Assembly: GCA_951406725.2 (NCBI GenBank)
Contig: OX597837.1
Coordinates: 23,064,001 to 23,128,000 of the forward strand
Reading direction: 5' to 3'
DNA: 64,000 nt
From: Octopus vulgaris
Lineage: Eukaryota
This document shows, piece after piece, positions 51,492 to 64,000 of this stretch. A program made the translations under genes and the position numbers. The notes under the pieces are model-generated. The model was not told the DNA's origin, ran no database searches, and was given only the letters and a program-made list of their open reading frames with translations. The number at the start of each line of letters is the position of its first letter. The stretch's first letter is position 1.

Positions 51492-51949
51492 ACATACACT
51501 GTTTCTCTTTGCCAAATTCCACTCACAGTATTTAAGTTCATCTGAGGTTATAATAGTTTAAGACATATGCATGAGGTGCTGACCAACTAGATTGAACCTA
51601 AGAACTATGTGCTTGCAAAATAAACCATTTAACCACACAGCAAAGCCCATTTGCTTCAAATTTCATAACCGTTCTTATTAGTAATAATATTACTAATGTT
51701 ACTAGTATAACTGCAATATGAAATATATATATAGATACAAAATATTGAAAATGTTCCCTTTTGAAATCACATGACATAGAAAGTATATGAATAATTTATT
51801 TTCCAATTCCATGCCAGCAGTTAACCATTTGCTAATACCAAATAACTACATTAAAAATTCAGTTCCCAAGAAGGCAAATAAAACACTAAAAACACACATG
51901 CATATGTCTGTGTGCATGTGTATGATTGATTATATATATATATATATAT

Positions 51950-51964
51950 AGGTAGGTAAGTAGG

Positions 51965-51995
<31 letters not shown>

Positions 51996-52025
51996 GTAGA
52001 TAGATAGATAGATAGATAGATAGAT
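51950..52025. repeat. (TAGA/TAGG)n tetranucleotide microsatellite
   Basis: Direct inspection. Confidence 0.95.
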
Positions 52026-52704
52026 ATTATTTGCTTATTACATGTAAAACTGTTTATTCAAATTCTAATATCTTAATCATCATCATCATTGCCATCACCA
52101 TCATTATCATTATCTGCTCCAAAATGTATTTAAATTAAATTTCAGTCGCCCGATTCAATGACGCCACATACTGTGAAGCTGCTTCATAATACTTAATGAG
52201 ATGCATTTATTTACAAGGGCGAGTATAAAGAGTTCACTTCACATATTCAGTATCATAAATTTTTCTACTGAAAAAGAGAGAGAGAAACGGACAAGAGAGA
52301 ATGACAGCCAATATGTAATGGATTAATGCAGGAATTCATCATCATCATCATCATCATCATTATTTAACATCCACATCCATGCTGGCATGGGTTGTACAGT
52401 TTAACAGGATCCAGCTGTGTCGTGCTCCAGTGTTACCTCTGACATGGTTTCTATGGCTGAATGCCCTTCCAAACACCAGCTACTTTACAGGATATAGTGG
52501 GTGATTTTTATTTGTGTCACCAGCACAACTGAGGTTGCCGAGTAATTTGCAAGACAGAAAAAAGAATAGGGAAAAAGGAAAAGCTCCCACTACTAAGAGG
52601 GAAGTATTTGAGAGGGAAAGGTGGCTTTAGACCAGGTGTTGAAAGGCTAAAGTATTGACTGAGGGCCAAGCACAGGTGTCTTGCTATAGGAAAGATACCT
52701 GGCT

Positions 52705-52915
52705 ACGTTAGCAGGCCGGGCGAAATGCGTAGCCGTATTTCGTCTGTCGTTACGTTGTGAGTTCAAATTCCGCCGAGGTCGACTTTGCCTTTCATCCTTT
52801 CAGGGTTGATAAATAAAGTACCAGTTACGCACTGGGGTCGATGTAATCGACTTAATCCGTTTGTCTGTCCTTGTTTGTCCCCTCTATGTTTAACCCCTTG
52901 TGGGCAATAAAGAAA
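52705..52915 (+). mobile_element. SINE family B (5'-clipped, young)
   Basis: CpG-intact B body and tail. Confidence 0.9.
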
Positions 52916-53139
52916 TATATATATATATCATCATCATCATCATCATTTAACATCCACCTTCCATACAGGTATGGGCTGGATGGTTTGACAGGAGCTGGCC
53001 AATCAGAAGACTACCACAGGCTACTGTGTTTTAGCATAGTTTTTATGACTAGATGCCTTTCCTAACAACAAACACCCTGCAGAGTGTACTCTCTCTCTCT
53101 CTCTCTTTCTACATATACATATATATACATATAGAGAGA

Positions 53140-53321
53140 GTTCACAAAAAAAAAAGATGAAGACAGGTGGTGTAGAAAACAAACAGATGTATTAGTCTAA
53201 CACTCAGGAATTGAAAAAGTCTTTTACGTTTTGAGCCTATGCTCTTCTACAGAAAGGAACACAGAAAGAAATAAGGAGAGAAAAGAAATGTGTGTAGTGG
53301 CTCCCGATCTATCATGGCGAC
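53140..53321 (-). mobile_element. Second copy of the hammerhead-bearing element
   Basis: Colinear with 44500-44685. The motif at 53220-53257 keeps CTGTAGA but has GAAA changed to AAAA. Confidence 0.75.
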
Positions 53322-55454
53322 TATATATATATACATATATATACCACTCTTTATCTTAAAATTTCTGCATGTATCATCCTAGATATCTAGATATCTCATA
53401 CTAGACCATAAGATAACTTTTTGTGAATAACAGAATCATTGGTTACATGTTTCCAACAGACTAATCACTGGTTTACTGCATGTCTGATAGCAACAGCTAC
53501 ATGACAGTACCACTGGTTGTTTAGTTTCTCAATGAAAGATCTTCAATGATAAACAGACATACATACCTACATACACCCAAGGTTTTGCAACAATTTCTGC
53601 TTACCAAATTCCACTCATAGTATTGATCAACTTCAGACACTTGTGGTAAAAAACATTTGCCCAAAGTGTCATGCTGCATGAAGAAATCTAAAACCATGTT
53701 GTTGTGATGCAAGCTTTTTAACCAGATGGCCACAACTGTATTACTGCCTTGAAGTCAACCTTCAAAAGAGTGTATAAGATCCCAATATTTTCCAACAGCA
53801 CTAAGATCAAAATCACTACATATATAAGGGACAGCCTTGTAGCTGCCACTCTCCAATTATAGATATCTCAAAGTTACTAAAAATACTGAACTTCTCACAA
53901 TCTCTGGGTTTATTAAGACCTAAAATCATTTTTAAAAAATGGTGGCAAACTGGCAGAATCCTTCATGCTATTCCATTTTTGTTTTGTACTCCCACCCTTA
54001 TATATAATGTGAAGCAGCCATTTATCTTCTCTATAGCAAGCATTTACATTCAAATTCTAACAAGGTAGACTTTGCCTTTCATCCTTTCAAAGTTGATAAA
54101 ATAAGTACCGGTTGAACACTGGGGTCAATGATATCAACTTAACCCCTTCCCCTGAAATTGCTGGCTTTGTGCCAAATTTTGAAACCAATATATTATTAAA
54201 ATTTACTATATTTTGGATAAATAGCTTTAAAAAGATATCAGCAGTCTTCAGTTTATCCAGGATGTCAAAATGATGGTAAAAAAAAATGGTAAAAAAAACA
54301 TTTGCCCAAGGTTCCATGCAGTGAAATTGAACCTAAAACAAATTTTTCAGTCATGTTGCTTCCACATTTTACAAGCAGTAATATATATCATTGTATGATT
54401 AATAAGTAACCTATTTTGCAGAGTTAGCTCTAAGACCCCGCCATTAACAACTATACAAGAACATAGTGCCATATTTCTTTCTCAAGAGATGTCTCCCAAC
54501 AATGTTACTGGTGCCACAACAACAAGACTAAATGCAAGACAGCACAATACACAGAACATTCTGATAATGGCAGTAAACAGAAGAAAACAGAACTGCATGC
54601 CAGCATGGAACAAAAACAAAAACTACACATAAAATATGACAAAATTAATAGATATAACTAACTAAAACATCTCCATTATTCTACTATTTTCCTCCAACAA
54701 ATGCAACTGTCAGTTCCAGACTGGGCATAAATCTCCATATCTAAGTGAAAGACCTGAGAATCTAAGCAGTGAACACAATGGTAAATATATTGTAAAACAC
54801 TAGGGTTTTCTGGCCGCTGTTGTTGTTGTCGTTGGTTTTCTTTATAGCTTGTCATTCTTGTAGAAATGTCCAATATGTTTTATCTCAACACAATCACAGC
54901 TTCATTATTTGTAAATGCTCCATCAAAAACAAATTTAATTCCTGCAGTGTTTCAATTCATTTCAGTTGCTGTGAATGTTCTGATTAGGATGTGGCTTCCC
55001 CCCCACCCACCCTATCTCTATTTACTATCTACATTTTTTTTTTGTTGATTAATAATTATCAATTACAATTATCGCTATTGTTTTTATCATAAATCTCTAA
55101 AATATTTTATAAAAGAAACAGGCATCGAACTTAAATTCTTTTAAAGCTAATACTTGAGTAAAACCATTGTTTCCTGCAAGCTCTATACAATATTGGTAAA
55201 TATGATTTAAATATTACAAATATTTTACAAATTAACATAAAAAAAAAAAAAGAGAGCGAGATATTTAAGCTAAGTTTTATCTAAAACATGATCAGCGCAA
55301 ATGCTATAGTATTTTGAAATCCTACAATGTTACTCAAAACCATATAGCCTCTTGCTAAGCACAGTAACTGTGTTCTGCTATCATTTCTGTTCAGACTGAC
55401 AGCACCCTTGCAATTCCATTATCAAAATAAATATCAAATGGAAATTGTAGTTGT

Positions 55455-55765
55455 GACACCTGTGTCGGTGGCATGTAAAAAAGCCGATGCCAGCACCGCT
55501 TTGACTGGCTTCTGTGCCGGTGGCACATAAAAAGCACCAACCAATCGTGGCCATTGCCAGCCTCCCCTGGCACCTGTGCCGGTGGCATGTAAAAAACACC
55601 CACTCATGGAGTGGTTGGCGTTAGCAAGGGCATCCAGCTGTAGAAACATTGCCAGATCAGACTGGAGCCCGGTGCAGCCCCCTGGCTTCCCAGACATCGG
55701 TCGAACCATCCAACCCATGCTAGCATGGAAAACGGACGTGAAACGATGATGATGATAATGATGAT
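55455..55765 (+). mobile_element. SINE family C
   Basis: Sense copy ending AAACGATGATGATG. Confidence 0.88.
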
Positions 55766-56039
55766 ACATACACACATAGGTAGATGTGTGTTTAGTTTTA
55801 TAAATGGAAGAAAAAAAGATAAATTTTTTCTTGTTCCTATTTTTCACTTTCTTGAGACTGGCAGCAGCCAACAAAATGATGCTTAATTAAAAAGAATACA
55901 CGAAGGATTGAAAAGGAAACAACTTTTGTATTCTTTCAAGAAAATTTCATCACAAACATATGCAGTTATTAAGGAAGTTGCATCATCAGAGGTCATTAGT
56001 TGATCTGATGGTGCAAGGAATATATATACATATATATAC

Positions 56040-56420
56040 TCTTTTACTTATTTCAATCATTTGATTTCTGCCATACTGAAGCCCCACTTTAAAGTGGTTT
56101 TCAGTTGAAGTAATTGACTCCAGGATATATTCTTTGTAAGCCTAGTACTTATTCTATTAGTCTCTTTTGCTGAACTGCGAAGTTATGGGAACATAAACAC
56201 ACCAACATCAGTTGTCAAGCAATGGAGGGGGAACGAAAAGACACTCCCCTCACACACACACACATATATATATACATATATATGATGGGTTTCTTTCAGT
56301 TCCCATCTACCAATCCACTCAAGGATTTGGCTGGTACAAGGCTATAGTAGAAGACAGTGGAACTGAACTGGAATCATGTGGTTGAGAAGTAAGCTTCTTA
56401 CGACACAGTCACACCTGTAT
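56040..56420 (-). mobile_element. SINE family A (diverged)
   Basis: Antisense tail to head. Confidence 0.8.
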
Positions 56421-56429
56421 CTATGTATC

Positions 56430-56469
<40 letters not shown>

Positions 56470-56599
56470 GTGTGTGTGTGTGTGTGTTAGTGTGTTAACT
56501 AACAGTGCATACCAAGATTGCAGTTAGAAAGCTTGCATTCTGAACAAACTACTTTACGATAATGAGGTCTGAAATATCTTTACCAGATGCATGAACGGC

Positions 56600-56841
56600 A
56601 TCTTACCATCTACAGAACCCAGGACTGATTTTGAACACCAAGTAGACAATAAGGTCCTGGTATGCACACAGATACCCAGCTTCACCTTCATCCTACTTCA
56701 ACAATAATGTCTCTGCTTGCTGAGCCATATACACTGCATGTTAGATGAGAGGATCCTGAAAGACCTGCTGTATAAGGGAACTGGCCTTCAGCAAGAGAAC
56801 AAAAGGTAAACTCCATCTTCGTTTCAAAGATGTGTGTGTGT

Positions 56842-56876
<35 letters not shown>

Positions 56877-57190
56877 GGAGAAACAGCGAGATAGATTGAG
56901 AAGCTGCTTTTTTGCATAAGTGTTGGAAAGTGGGAAGACATTGCTGATCACTGCCCATTGGTGGCTAAAACCAGGCAAGGGTTAAAAAATATGAAGAGAT
57001 GCTGAGGTTTGCTGATGAAGAAAAGCGAACAAAATCAATGAAAAACAACAAAACTGACAGATAGATGGTACCTTCAAATGTAATCACTACAATTGGAACT
57101 GACTTCCACAGATAGGTCTCCACACTCACAGCTGATGTTGCCATGCCAACAAGACTGAAGCAAGTCTTGCTGCAAGGCTAACGAATGCCT
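56600..57190 (+). mobile_element. Decayed RTE (BovB/RTE-X-like) 3' end
   Basis: Residual SHIHCMLDERILKDLLY..ELAFSKRTKGKLHLRFKDVC...WEDIA...TFKC...IGLHTH (terminal zinc-finger-like), interrupted by (GT)(GA)n. Confidence 0.75.
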
Positions 57191-57310
57191 CTAATACACA
57201 CACACACATATATAACATCTGTCACAAACTCTGTCCAGTCTATGAAAGTAAGGAAAGGTTGATGTGAAAATGGTAACGATAACAATAAATATATATACAC
57301 ATATATATAT

Positions 57311-57658
57311 ACACGAGCAAAATGGCACCCCCTCCAATGGATGGTGCTGGGTTGTCAAACATTTAAACCAAATTTTCTTAAAACAACTTGTCCGACCGTC
57401 CCATAGGCCTCTCCTTTGAGAAACACTGATTTAACCTAAATTTGAGACACCAGTAAATAAAGATACACTTCTTTTCTATTCCAAAGAATGCTTTATCAAT
57501 CGCATTCTCACCTGGAATTGCTTTTTGTAATTTTTTCAAGACTTATACACGCCCTGATACCGTCGGTATCTACATATCAAATTTGAGCGCAATCGGATGG
57601 AGGATGCGTGAGATCCTAGAAGACACACACACAGACAGAACAGATTTTATATAATAGA
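57311..57658 (-). mobile_element. Helitron-like non-autonomous element (3' end degenerate)
   Basis: Minus strand starts A|TCTATTATATAAAATCTG...TGTCTGTGTG, like the other Helitron-type 5' ends. Confidence 0.55.
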
Positions 57659-57661
57659 TAT

Positions 57662-57890
57662 GATCATCATTTAACAACTGTTTTCCATGCTGGCATGGGT
57701 TGGATGGTTTGACAGGAGCTTGCCAGCTAAAGAGCTGCCCAAGCTTCATGTCTGTTTTGACATGATTTCTACAGTTGGATGCCCTTCCTAATGCCAACCA
57801 CTTTACAGAGTAAACTGGGTGCTTTTACGCAGTGTGGAATGGGTGCTTTTATGTAGCACTAGCACAGGTGCTTCCTATGTGGCACCAATA
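57662..57890 (-). mobile_element. SINE family C (older subfamily)
   Basis: CATCATTTAAC...CCATGCTGGCATGGG...GGATGCCCTTCCTAATGCCAACC. Confidence 0.8.
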
Positions 57891-58780
57891 CCTACAAGCC
57901 TGGAAGATTAGGATCGTTCAAGGAAGAGTGATGCAGGGGGACATGCCTGTTTGCAAGGACAACCACAATATATTGCCATTATCTACACAATTCCAACGTA
58001 ATTTAAGAGAAATACTTATGAGGAAAATCTAAAGAATTCAGTGACAGAAGAACAAAAGAAAGAACATGTAGTATGTGCAGAAATATCTACAGATAAATGA
58101 GGAAAGAATTTCTGGCATGTTTCGGAAGTATGTAGGTGTATTCCTAACAGTGTATTGCTTTAAATCCACAGATACCTGAAGGACTTTACCAGAGACTTAA
58201 ATGCTTTAGATAAAAACTCTGTAATTAAAACTACTTGTTTTTAATGACACATATATGCTGGTCTTTGACAGTCTCATATCCAACTACACCGAGATATACC
58301 GTTATCACTTAAATGATCAGTATTAAAACACAAATAATTTTAAAGTTACTAATCATTATACATGTGGAAAAAAAAGAAAAAACTGTCAAATAATGCTATG
58401 TTAGTCCTAAGACGGCACTTGTCTTATTCCTCATCTTTGTAGATAAGAATTGGCTGGCAGCTACTCAAACCATATCTAATGCCAGATCTAAATGCCAAAT
58501 TTGTAATTATATTTGCTTCTATCCTCCCTAGCATCTTTATATGAAGTGTTTCTTTGTTTAATCATCACTGCTAATCTTTCAAGCTTGTCCAAATACAATA
58601 CTTCTAATGTTAATTAATAACAATAATATTAAAACAGCAACAACAATAATAATAATAATGATGGTGATGGTGATGATAAAAATAGGGACGATGATGATGA
58701 TGATAATTATTTGCCACAAGGACGACAAATGGGAAACATTACAAAATATGATTACAAGACAAGTGAGAGTTTTACATAGA

Positions 58781-58824
<44 letters not shown>

Positions 58825-60182
58825 CAAAGTGTTAGCGCTAAGCAATGTTTAGGCATGAAACATAGATTCCTAATAGATGGCGACACTGAATGAACTGGGT
58901 ATTTTCACAACTTTTTACCATAAGAAAGATATATTCTCCATGACAACTGTAGTGTATTTGCCTTTTAGCAGTTAAAATATGTGACACACATATTTCAACT
59001 TACCTAACTCGGCTCATATATATAAAAGTCGGGAGGTATGAGATGAATAGCCATAAGATTACAATCGTTTTGCTGTCAACATTATGGGAAAATAATTTAT
59101 TTTAGAGTATAATAAATTATTTTACATGTCTGTATTAGTGTATATCTTATAAATGATATAGAACTATTGTACAATGTGCAATGTTATGCAGGAAATAGAG
59201 GCTTGCTCTTCAGATCATAGAATATTATGGTTACAGCCATTCATCAACTCAACACACACACATAAACTGTTAAAACAAAAACTATAAAATATAACAATAC
59301 CTCCGCCTTCACTAAGATGGAAGTAATAATGGTTTCAAATTTTGGCGCAAAGCCAACAATTTCGAGGGGGATAAGATGATTACATTGACTCCAGTGTTCA
59401 ACTGGTACTTACTTTTATTAACCCCAAAATGATGAAAGGCAAAGTTGACCTGAGAGGAATTTGATCTGCATTGCAGTATTAACAATTTGAGTTCAAATCC
59501 TGTCAAAATCAAATTTGCCTTTCATCCTTCTGGGGTTGATAAAACAGCATAGACAAGTAAGTACAAGGGTCAATATAAATTACAGATCCTTTCCTTTCAA
59601 ACGATTAGCCATGTGCCTAATGTTAGAAATGATTATTGACCCACAAACGTGTAAGAGCACAGATTGAACAGAGCATGATAAAATACCTTCTGAAATTTAG
59701 TTAAGTGAAGGCAGTGAGCCAGCAAAATTGTTAGCACACTGAGTAAAAATGCTTAGCAATATTTTGTCCATCTTTACATTCTGAGTTCAAATTCCACTGA
59801 GGTCGACTTTATCTTTCGTCCACTAGGGTTGATAAAGTAAATAAAAGAAAAAGAAAGTGGGTAGCACTGAATGATTGGGGATGGAATTTGGTCAGTGACA
59901 TGCATCTACAGTAAATACATGGCCATGTGATATAAGGATTCATAATTATTAATCCTAATATGAAGAATAATACCTAGTTTTATTTCTTGCAGTTATTTAT
60001 CAAATTTGATTGTGAAATGATTGAGAGAACAAAAATCTTTGCCAGCTCATTCAACCAGCTTTATAATACCCGGAAAGAAAAATCTAATACCATCTTGAAG
60101 AGACATTTGAGCTGTTTAGAAACACACAAAAAGTATTAAATTCACTTTCATTTAATTCTTGCTGTTTTAAAATTATTGTTAC

Positions 60183-60345
60183 AGGCGCAGGAGTGGCTGT
60201 GTGGTAAGTAGCTTGTTTACCAACCATATGGTTCTGGGTTCAGTCCCACTGCTTGGCACCTTGGGCAAGTGTCTTCTACTATAGCCTCGGGCCGACCAAA
60301 GCTTTGTGAGTGGATTTGGTAGACGAAAACTGAAAGAAGCCCATC

Positions 60346-60383
<38 letters not shown>

Positions 60384-60545
60384 TGGTGTGTTTATGTCCC
60401 CGTTACTTAGCGGTTCGGCAAAAGAGACCAATAGAATAAGTGCTGGGCTTACAAAAGAATAAGTCCCGGGGTCGAGTTGCTCGATTAAAGGCGGTGCTCC
60501 AGCATGGCCGCAGTCAAATGACTGAAACAAGTAAAAGAGTAAAAG
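60183..60545 (+). mobile_element. SINE family A (young)
   Basis: Near-consensus head and tail. Confidence 0.9.
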
Positions 60546-60869
60546 AGACTTATCTATGTCCTGCTCACTGACAGTCACTCACTGTATGAGGTGCTCATAA
60601 ATTATCTTTATAACTTGCACAACTTATTGTATTGTATCATCTAGAGGTGTTGTGTTGCAATCAATGGAGCCCACATGGAAGTGTTCTGATGTTTATAATA
60701 AAACTTTATTCGTTTTCCAATAAACTCTACTGAGTAATCCTCATTTTCCCAATTGTAAACATAATTGTAAACATAAGTATTACTGACCAGGTTGTATCTG
60801 TGTACTGAATACTTCAACACTTCATGATATAAATGAAAAACTGGATTTAACAGTATTTGTGTGTTTTAA

Positions 60870-61488
60870 AACTTTAGCATTTAAAGTGGCCATATCAGAC
60901 CCAAATATTCTACCTATTTTATATTCAAACTGGTCAGATCCAGCCTCTTACATCCACCTTTTAAAAATAAATAATCACATAGGCGTAAGAGTGGCTGTGT
61001 GGTAAATAGCTTGCTTACTAACCACATGGTTCCGGGTTCAGTCCCACTGCATGGCACCTTGGGCAAGTGTCTTCTACTATAGCCTTGGGCTGACCAAAGC
61101 TTTGTGAGTGGATTTGATACATGGAAACTGAAAGAAGCCCATCGTATATAAGTATATATATATATATGTATGTGTGTGTATATGTTTGTGTGTCTTTGTT
61201 TGTCCCCCCAACATCGTTTGACAACCGATGCTGGTGTGTTTACGTCCCCGTAACTTAGCGGTTTGGCAATAGAGACCGATAGAATAAGTACTAGGCTTAC
61301 AAAGAATAAGTCCTGGGGTCGATTTGGTCGACTAAAGGCTTTGCTCCAGCATGGCCACTGTCACATGACTGAAACAAGTAGAGAGACATGATCGAAACCT
61401 CAAAGCTACAAGATAATGCACGATTAATTAAGAACAATGTGAATAAATATGCATCATATTTGACAGACTAATTTGAATGCTAATGGGT
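60870..61488. mobile_element. TTAA-type MITE split by a full SINE A (60981-61380)
   Basis: MITE halves align to 61720-61939 on either side of the SINE. Confidence 0.8.
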
Positions 61489-61719
61489 CAACTGGCTAAA
61501 ATGCTTCTTCCATGATTTTTTTTTTTTTTCACTTTTAACACACCTTCTCAGAAATAATCACTTGCTAGGTGAGAACAACACTTGAGAAAAGGTTTTGTAA
61601 GGGATTATAATATTCTAATTAAGAGGATTCTAGGCAGAAGGACATAAGATGTCCTGCAAAACATTTTGGATGTTTCATCATCGTTAAAGCTATCCCTCCT
61701 ATATAAACTTATGACTTAA

Positions 61720-61939
61720 CCATTTAGCATTTAAACTGGCCGTGTCCAGCCCAAATCTTCATCCTGTCTTATGTTCAAACTGGCCAGATTTGACCTCTCT
61801 CACCTACCCTACAATGTCATTCTAAAAATATACAAGCACATTATCAAAATCCTGAAGCAACAGGACAATGTATGATTAATTCAAAACAATGAAAATAAAT
61901 CAGCATTACATTTGAAGGAATAATTTAAATACTAAAGGG
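61720..61939. mobile_element. piggyBac-like MITE, complete
   Basis: TTAA|CCATTTAGCATTTA...TAAATACTAAAGGG|TTAA. Confidence 0.8.
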
Positions 61940-62325
61940 TTAAATATTTAGACTCCGTTTTAAAGATGATAGCAAATTTACTCAGACAAAAGTTTGGCAA
62001 CAGTATTGAATCAGTCAAGCAGCTACATGAAAGCCATGTTGCCAGTTATTGTGGTTCCTGTTTTAAAGATGGCTATAAATTTTTAAGAAACATTTGGCTT
62101 CAAATTGAACAATTATGTAAAAGTCACCTCTCTGGCATATTATTAGGGAGTTTTAATTGTTACTTTTATTTCCTTGTTATCCTGCTTTTGTACACAAACT
62201 TTTTCAAATGGACAAAACCCTTTGTAACTTTCGTCCTGTGTTTTGTCCCTTTATGTTTTAATTGATTTTTGTTAGCCCTTGTGGCCAATAAACGAATGAA
62301 TTATTATTATTATTATTATTATAAT

Positions 62326-62745
62326 TAAGGTGATGAGCTGGCAGAATCGTTAGCATGCTGGATGAAATGCTTAATGGTATTTCACCTGTCGCTACATTCT
62401 GAGTCCAAATTCCACCAAGGTCAACTTTGCCTTTCATTTTTTCAGGGTTGGTAGAATAAGTACCAGCCAAGAATTAGGGTTCGTGTAATCAACTTGCACC
62501 CTCCCCCAAAACTGTTGGCCGTGTGCCAAAATTTGAAACTATTATTATTAAAGGTAATGAACTGGCAGAATTATTAGCATGCCAGACAAAATGTTTACCA
62601 GTATTTCATCCATCTTTATGTTCTAAGTTCAAATTCCACCAAGGTCGATAAAATAAGTACCAGTTGAGCACTAGGGCTGAGGTAATTGACTAATTCTCTC
62701 CCCCTAAATATCAGGACTTGTGCCCGCCAATAGGAGGAAAGATTA
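62326..62745 (+). mobile_element. Two tandem SINE B2 copies (third at 62935-63140)
   Basis: AAGGTGATGAGCTGGCAGAAT heads after (ATT)n. Confidence 0.85.
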
Positions 62746-62764
62746 TACATCATCACTATTATTA

Positions 62765-62930
62765 CCATAGTTTAATATGTATAAGGGATCCCCTAAATTT
62801 TGGGGCGTAAAATTTTGAAAAAAAGTTTTGTAAGGGATTATAATACAATCCATGTATAAGAAAATCCCATATTTTTTAAACTTAATTTTTGAAAAAAAAA
62901 AGGGGGTTCCTTATACATGTTAAAATACAG
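62765..62930. mobile_element. TA-flanked Tc1/mariner-superfamily (pogo/Tc2-type) MITE
   Basis: TA|CCATAGTTTAATATGTATAAGG...CCTTATACATGTTAAAATACAG|TA imperfect TIRs. Confidence 0.7.
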
Positions 62931-63687
62931 TAAATGGTGAGCTGCCAGTATCACTTGAGCATCAGTGCCTAGTGGTATCCTTCTGCTTCATCATATTCTG
63001 AGTTCGTATTTCACTGTGGCTGACTTTGCCTTTCATCCTTTTAGGGTCAATAAAATAAGAACCATTTGAGTACTGGTATTGACATAATTGACTTGTCCCG
63101 CTTCTAAAACTGCTGGTTTAGGACCAAAGTTTAAAACCATTATTATCATTATCCTCCTCTTTCAATTTTGTTTTCATCTCTTGCTGAGTGTCTTCCTGAC
63201 ACCCAGGGCAAAGAAATTCACTGTATACACTGATAGGCAATTAAAATAAACACACCAGATTGTTTATTTACAAAGTCATGTGGTAGAGAAAAAGGGGGAG
63301 AAAGAAAGAAAAAGGAAAGAAGAGAAAATAAAAAAATAAGAAATAAATGAAAAAAAGTAAACAAAGAAAATAAAAGGGCCCCTCAGACCCACTCTACAAT
63401 TTCATTCTAAAACTAAATCATATCAAGATCTTGAAGTTTCCAGATAATTCATGATTAATTAAAAACAATGCAAATAAATAAGCATTACATTTGACAGAGT
63501 GAGATAAATATTGAAGGGTTTAAAGAGACAAACAGTAAATTATTAAGATATTGGCAAATTTTTTTTCAAGAAAACTCAGGTTTATGAGATTCTCTTTTTG
63601 TCAAAGAAAATATCCAGAAATCAAAGAAAGATTTTTAAAGATCATATATTGATTGCTAAGAGCATAGATATGGTTGTAAATATATAT

Positions 63688-63941
63688 CATCATCATCATC
63701 ATCATCATCGTTTAACGTCCGTTCTCCATGCTAGCATGGGTTGGACGGTTCAACCGGGGATCTGGGAAGCCAGAAGGCTGCACCAGGCTCCGGTCTTATC
63801 TGGCAATGTTTCTACAGCTGGATGCCCTTCCTAACGGCAACTACTCCGTGAGTGTAGTGGGTGCTTTTTACGTGCCACCTGCACTGGTGCCAGGCGAGGC
63901 TGGCATCGGCCATGGTCGGATTGGTGCATTTTACATGCCAC
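63688..63941 (-). mobile_element. SINE family C (young)
   Basis: (CAT)n lead-in and colinear with 47938-48236. Confidence 0.9.
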
Positions 63942-64000
63942 ATATATATATATATATATAAAGCAGAATGAAAACATAAAAAACAAGAGCACTCAGAGAA

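Noticed and set aside
54676-54873. 65-aa ORF with QRQQQQ
   Set aside because: Short, with the Q-run coming from a (CAA)n repeat; no motif or splice support.

Overview
AT-rich, repeat-saturated eukaryotic non-coding DNA with the repeat make-up I associate with octopus (coleoid cephalopod) genomes; the species cannot be fixed from sequence alone. No host protein-coding exon or intact gene is supportable, so this is intergenic or part of a large intron. Nearly all listed ORFs are microsatellite or SINE artefacts. The window holds dozens of copies of about five SINE families, 3' fragments of non-LTR retrotransposons (R4/Dong-type RLE, RTE, CR1-like), one decayed mariner, several non-autonomous Helitron-like elements, TTAA- and TA-flanked MITEs, and many microsatellites. 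The most interesting signals are RNA-structural. First, there are at least four unrelated short elements carrying minimal type-I hammerhead-ribozyme-like motifs. Most sit in (TA)n tracts. One is a diverged inverted pair with a compensatory stem-I change, and one family has a CUGUAGA core variant in both copies. Second, a compact bipartite RTE derivative has a highly structured 5' end that is a candidate self-cleaving or regulatory RNA. All identifications were made by eye and family names come from recalled motifs, not from database searches.
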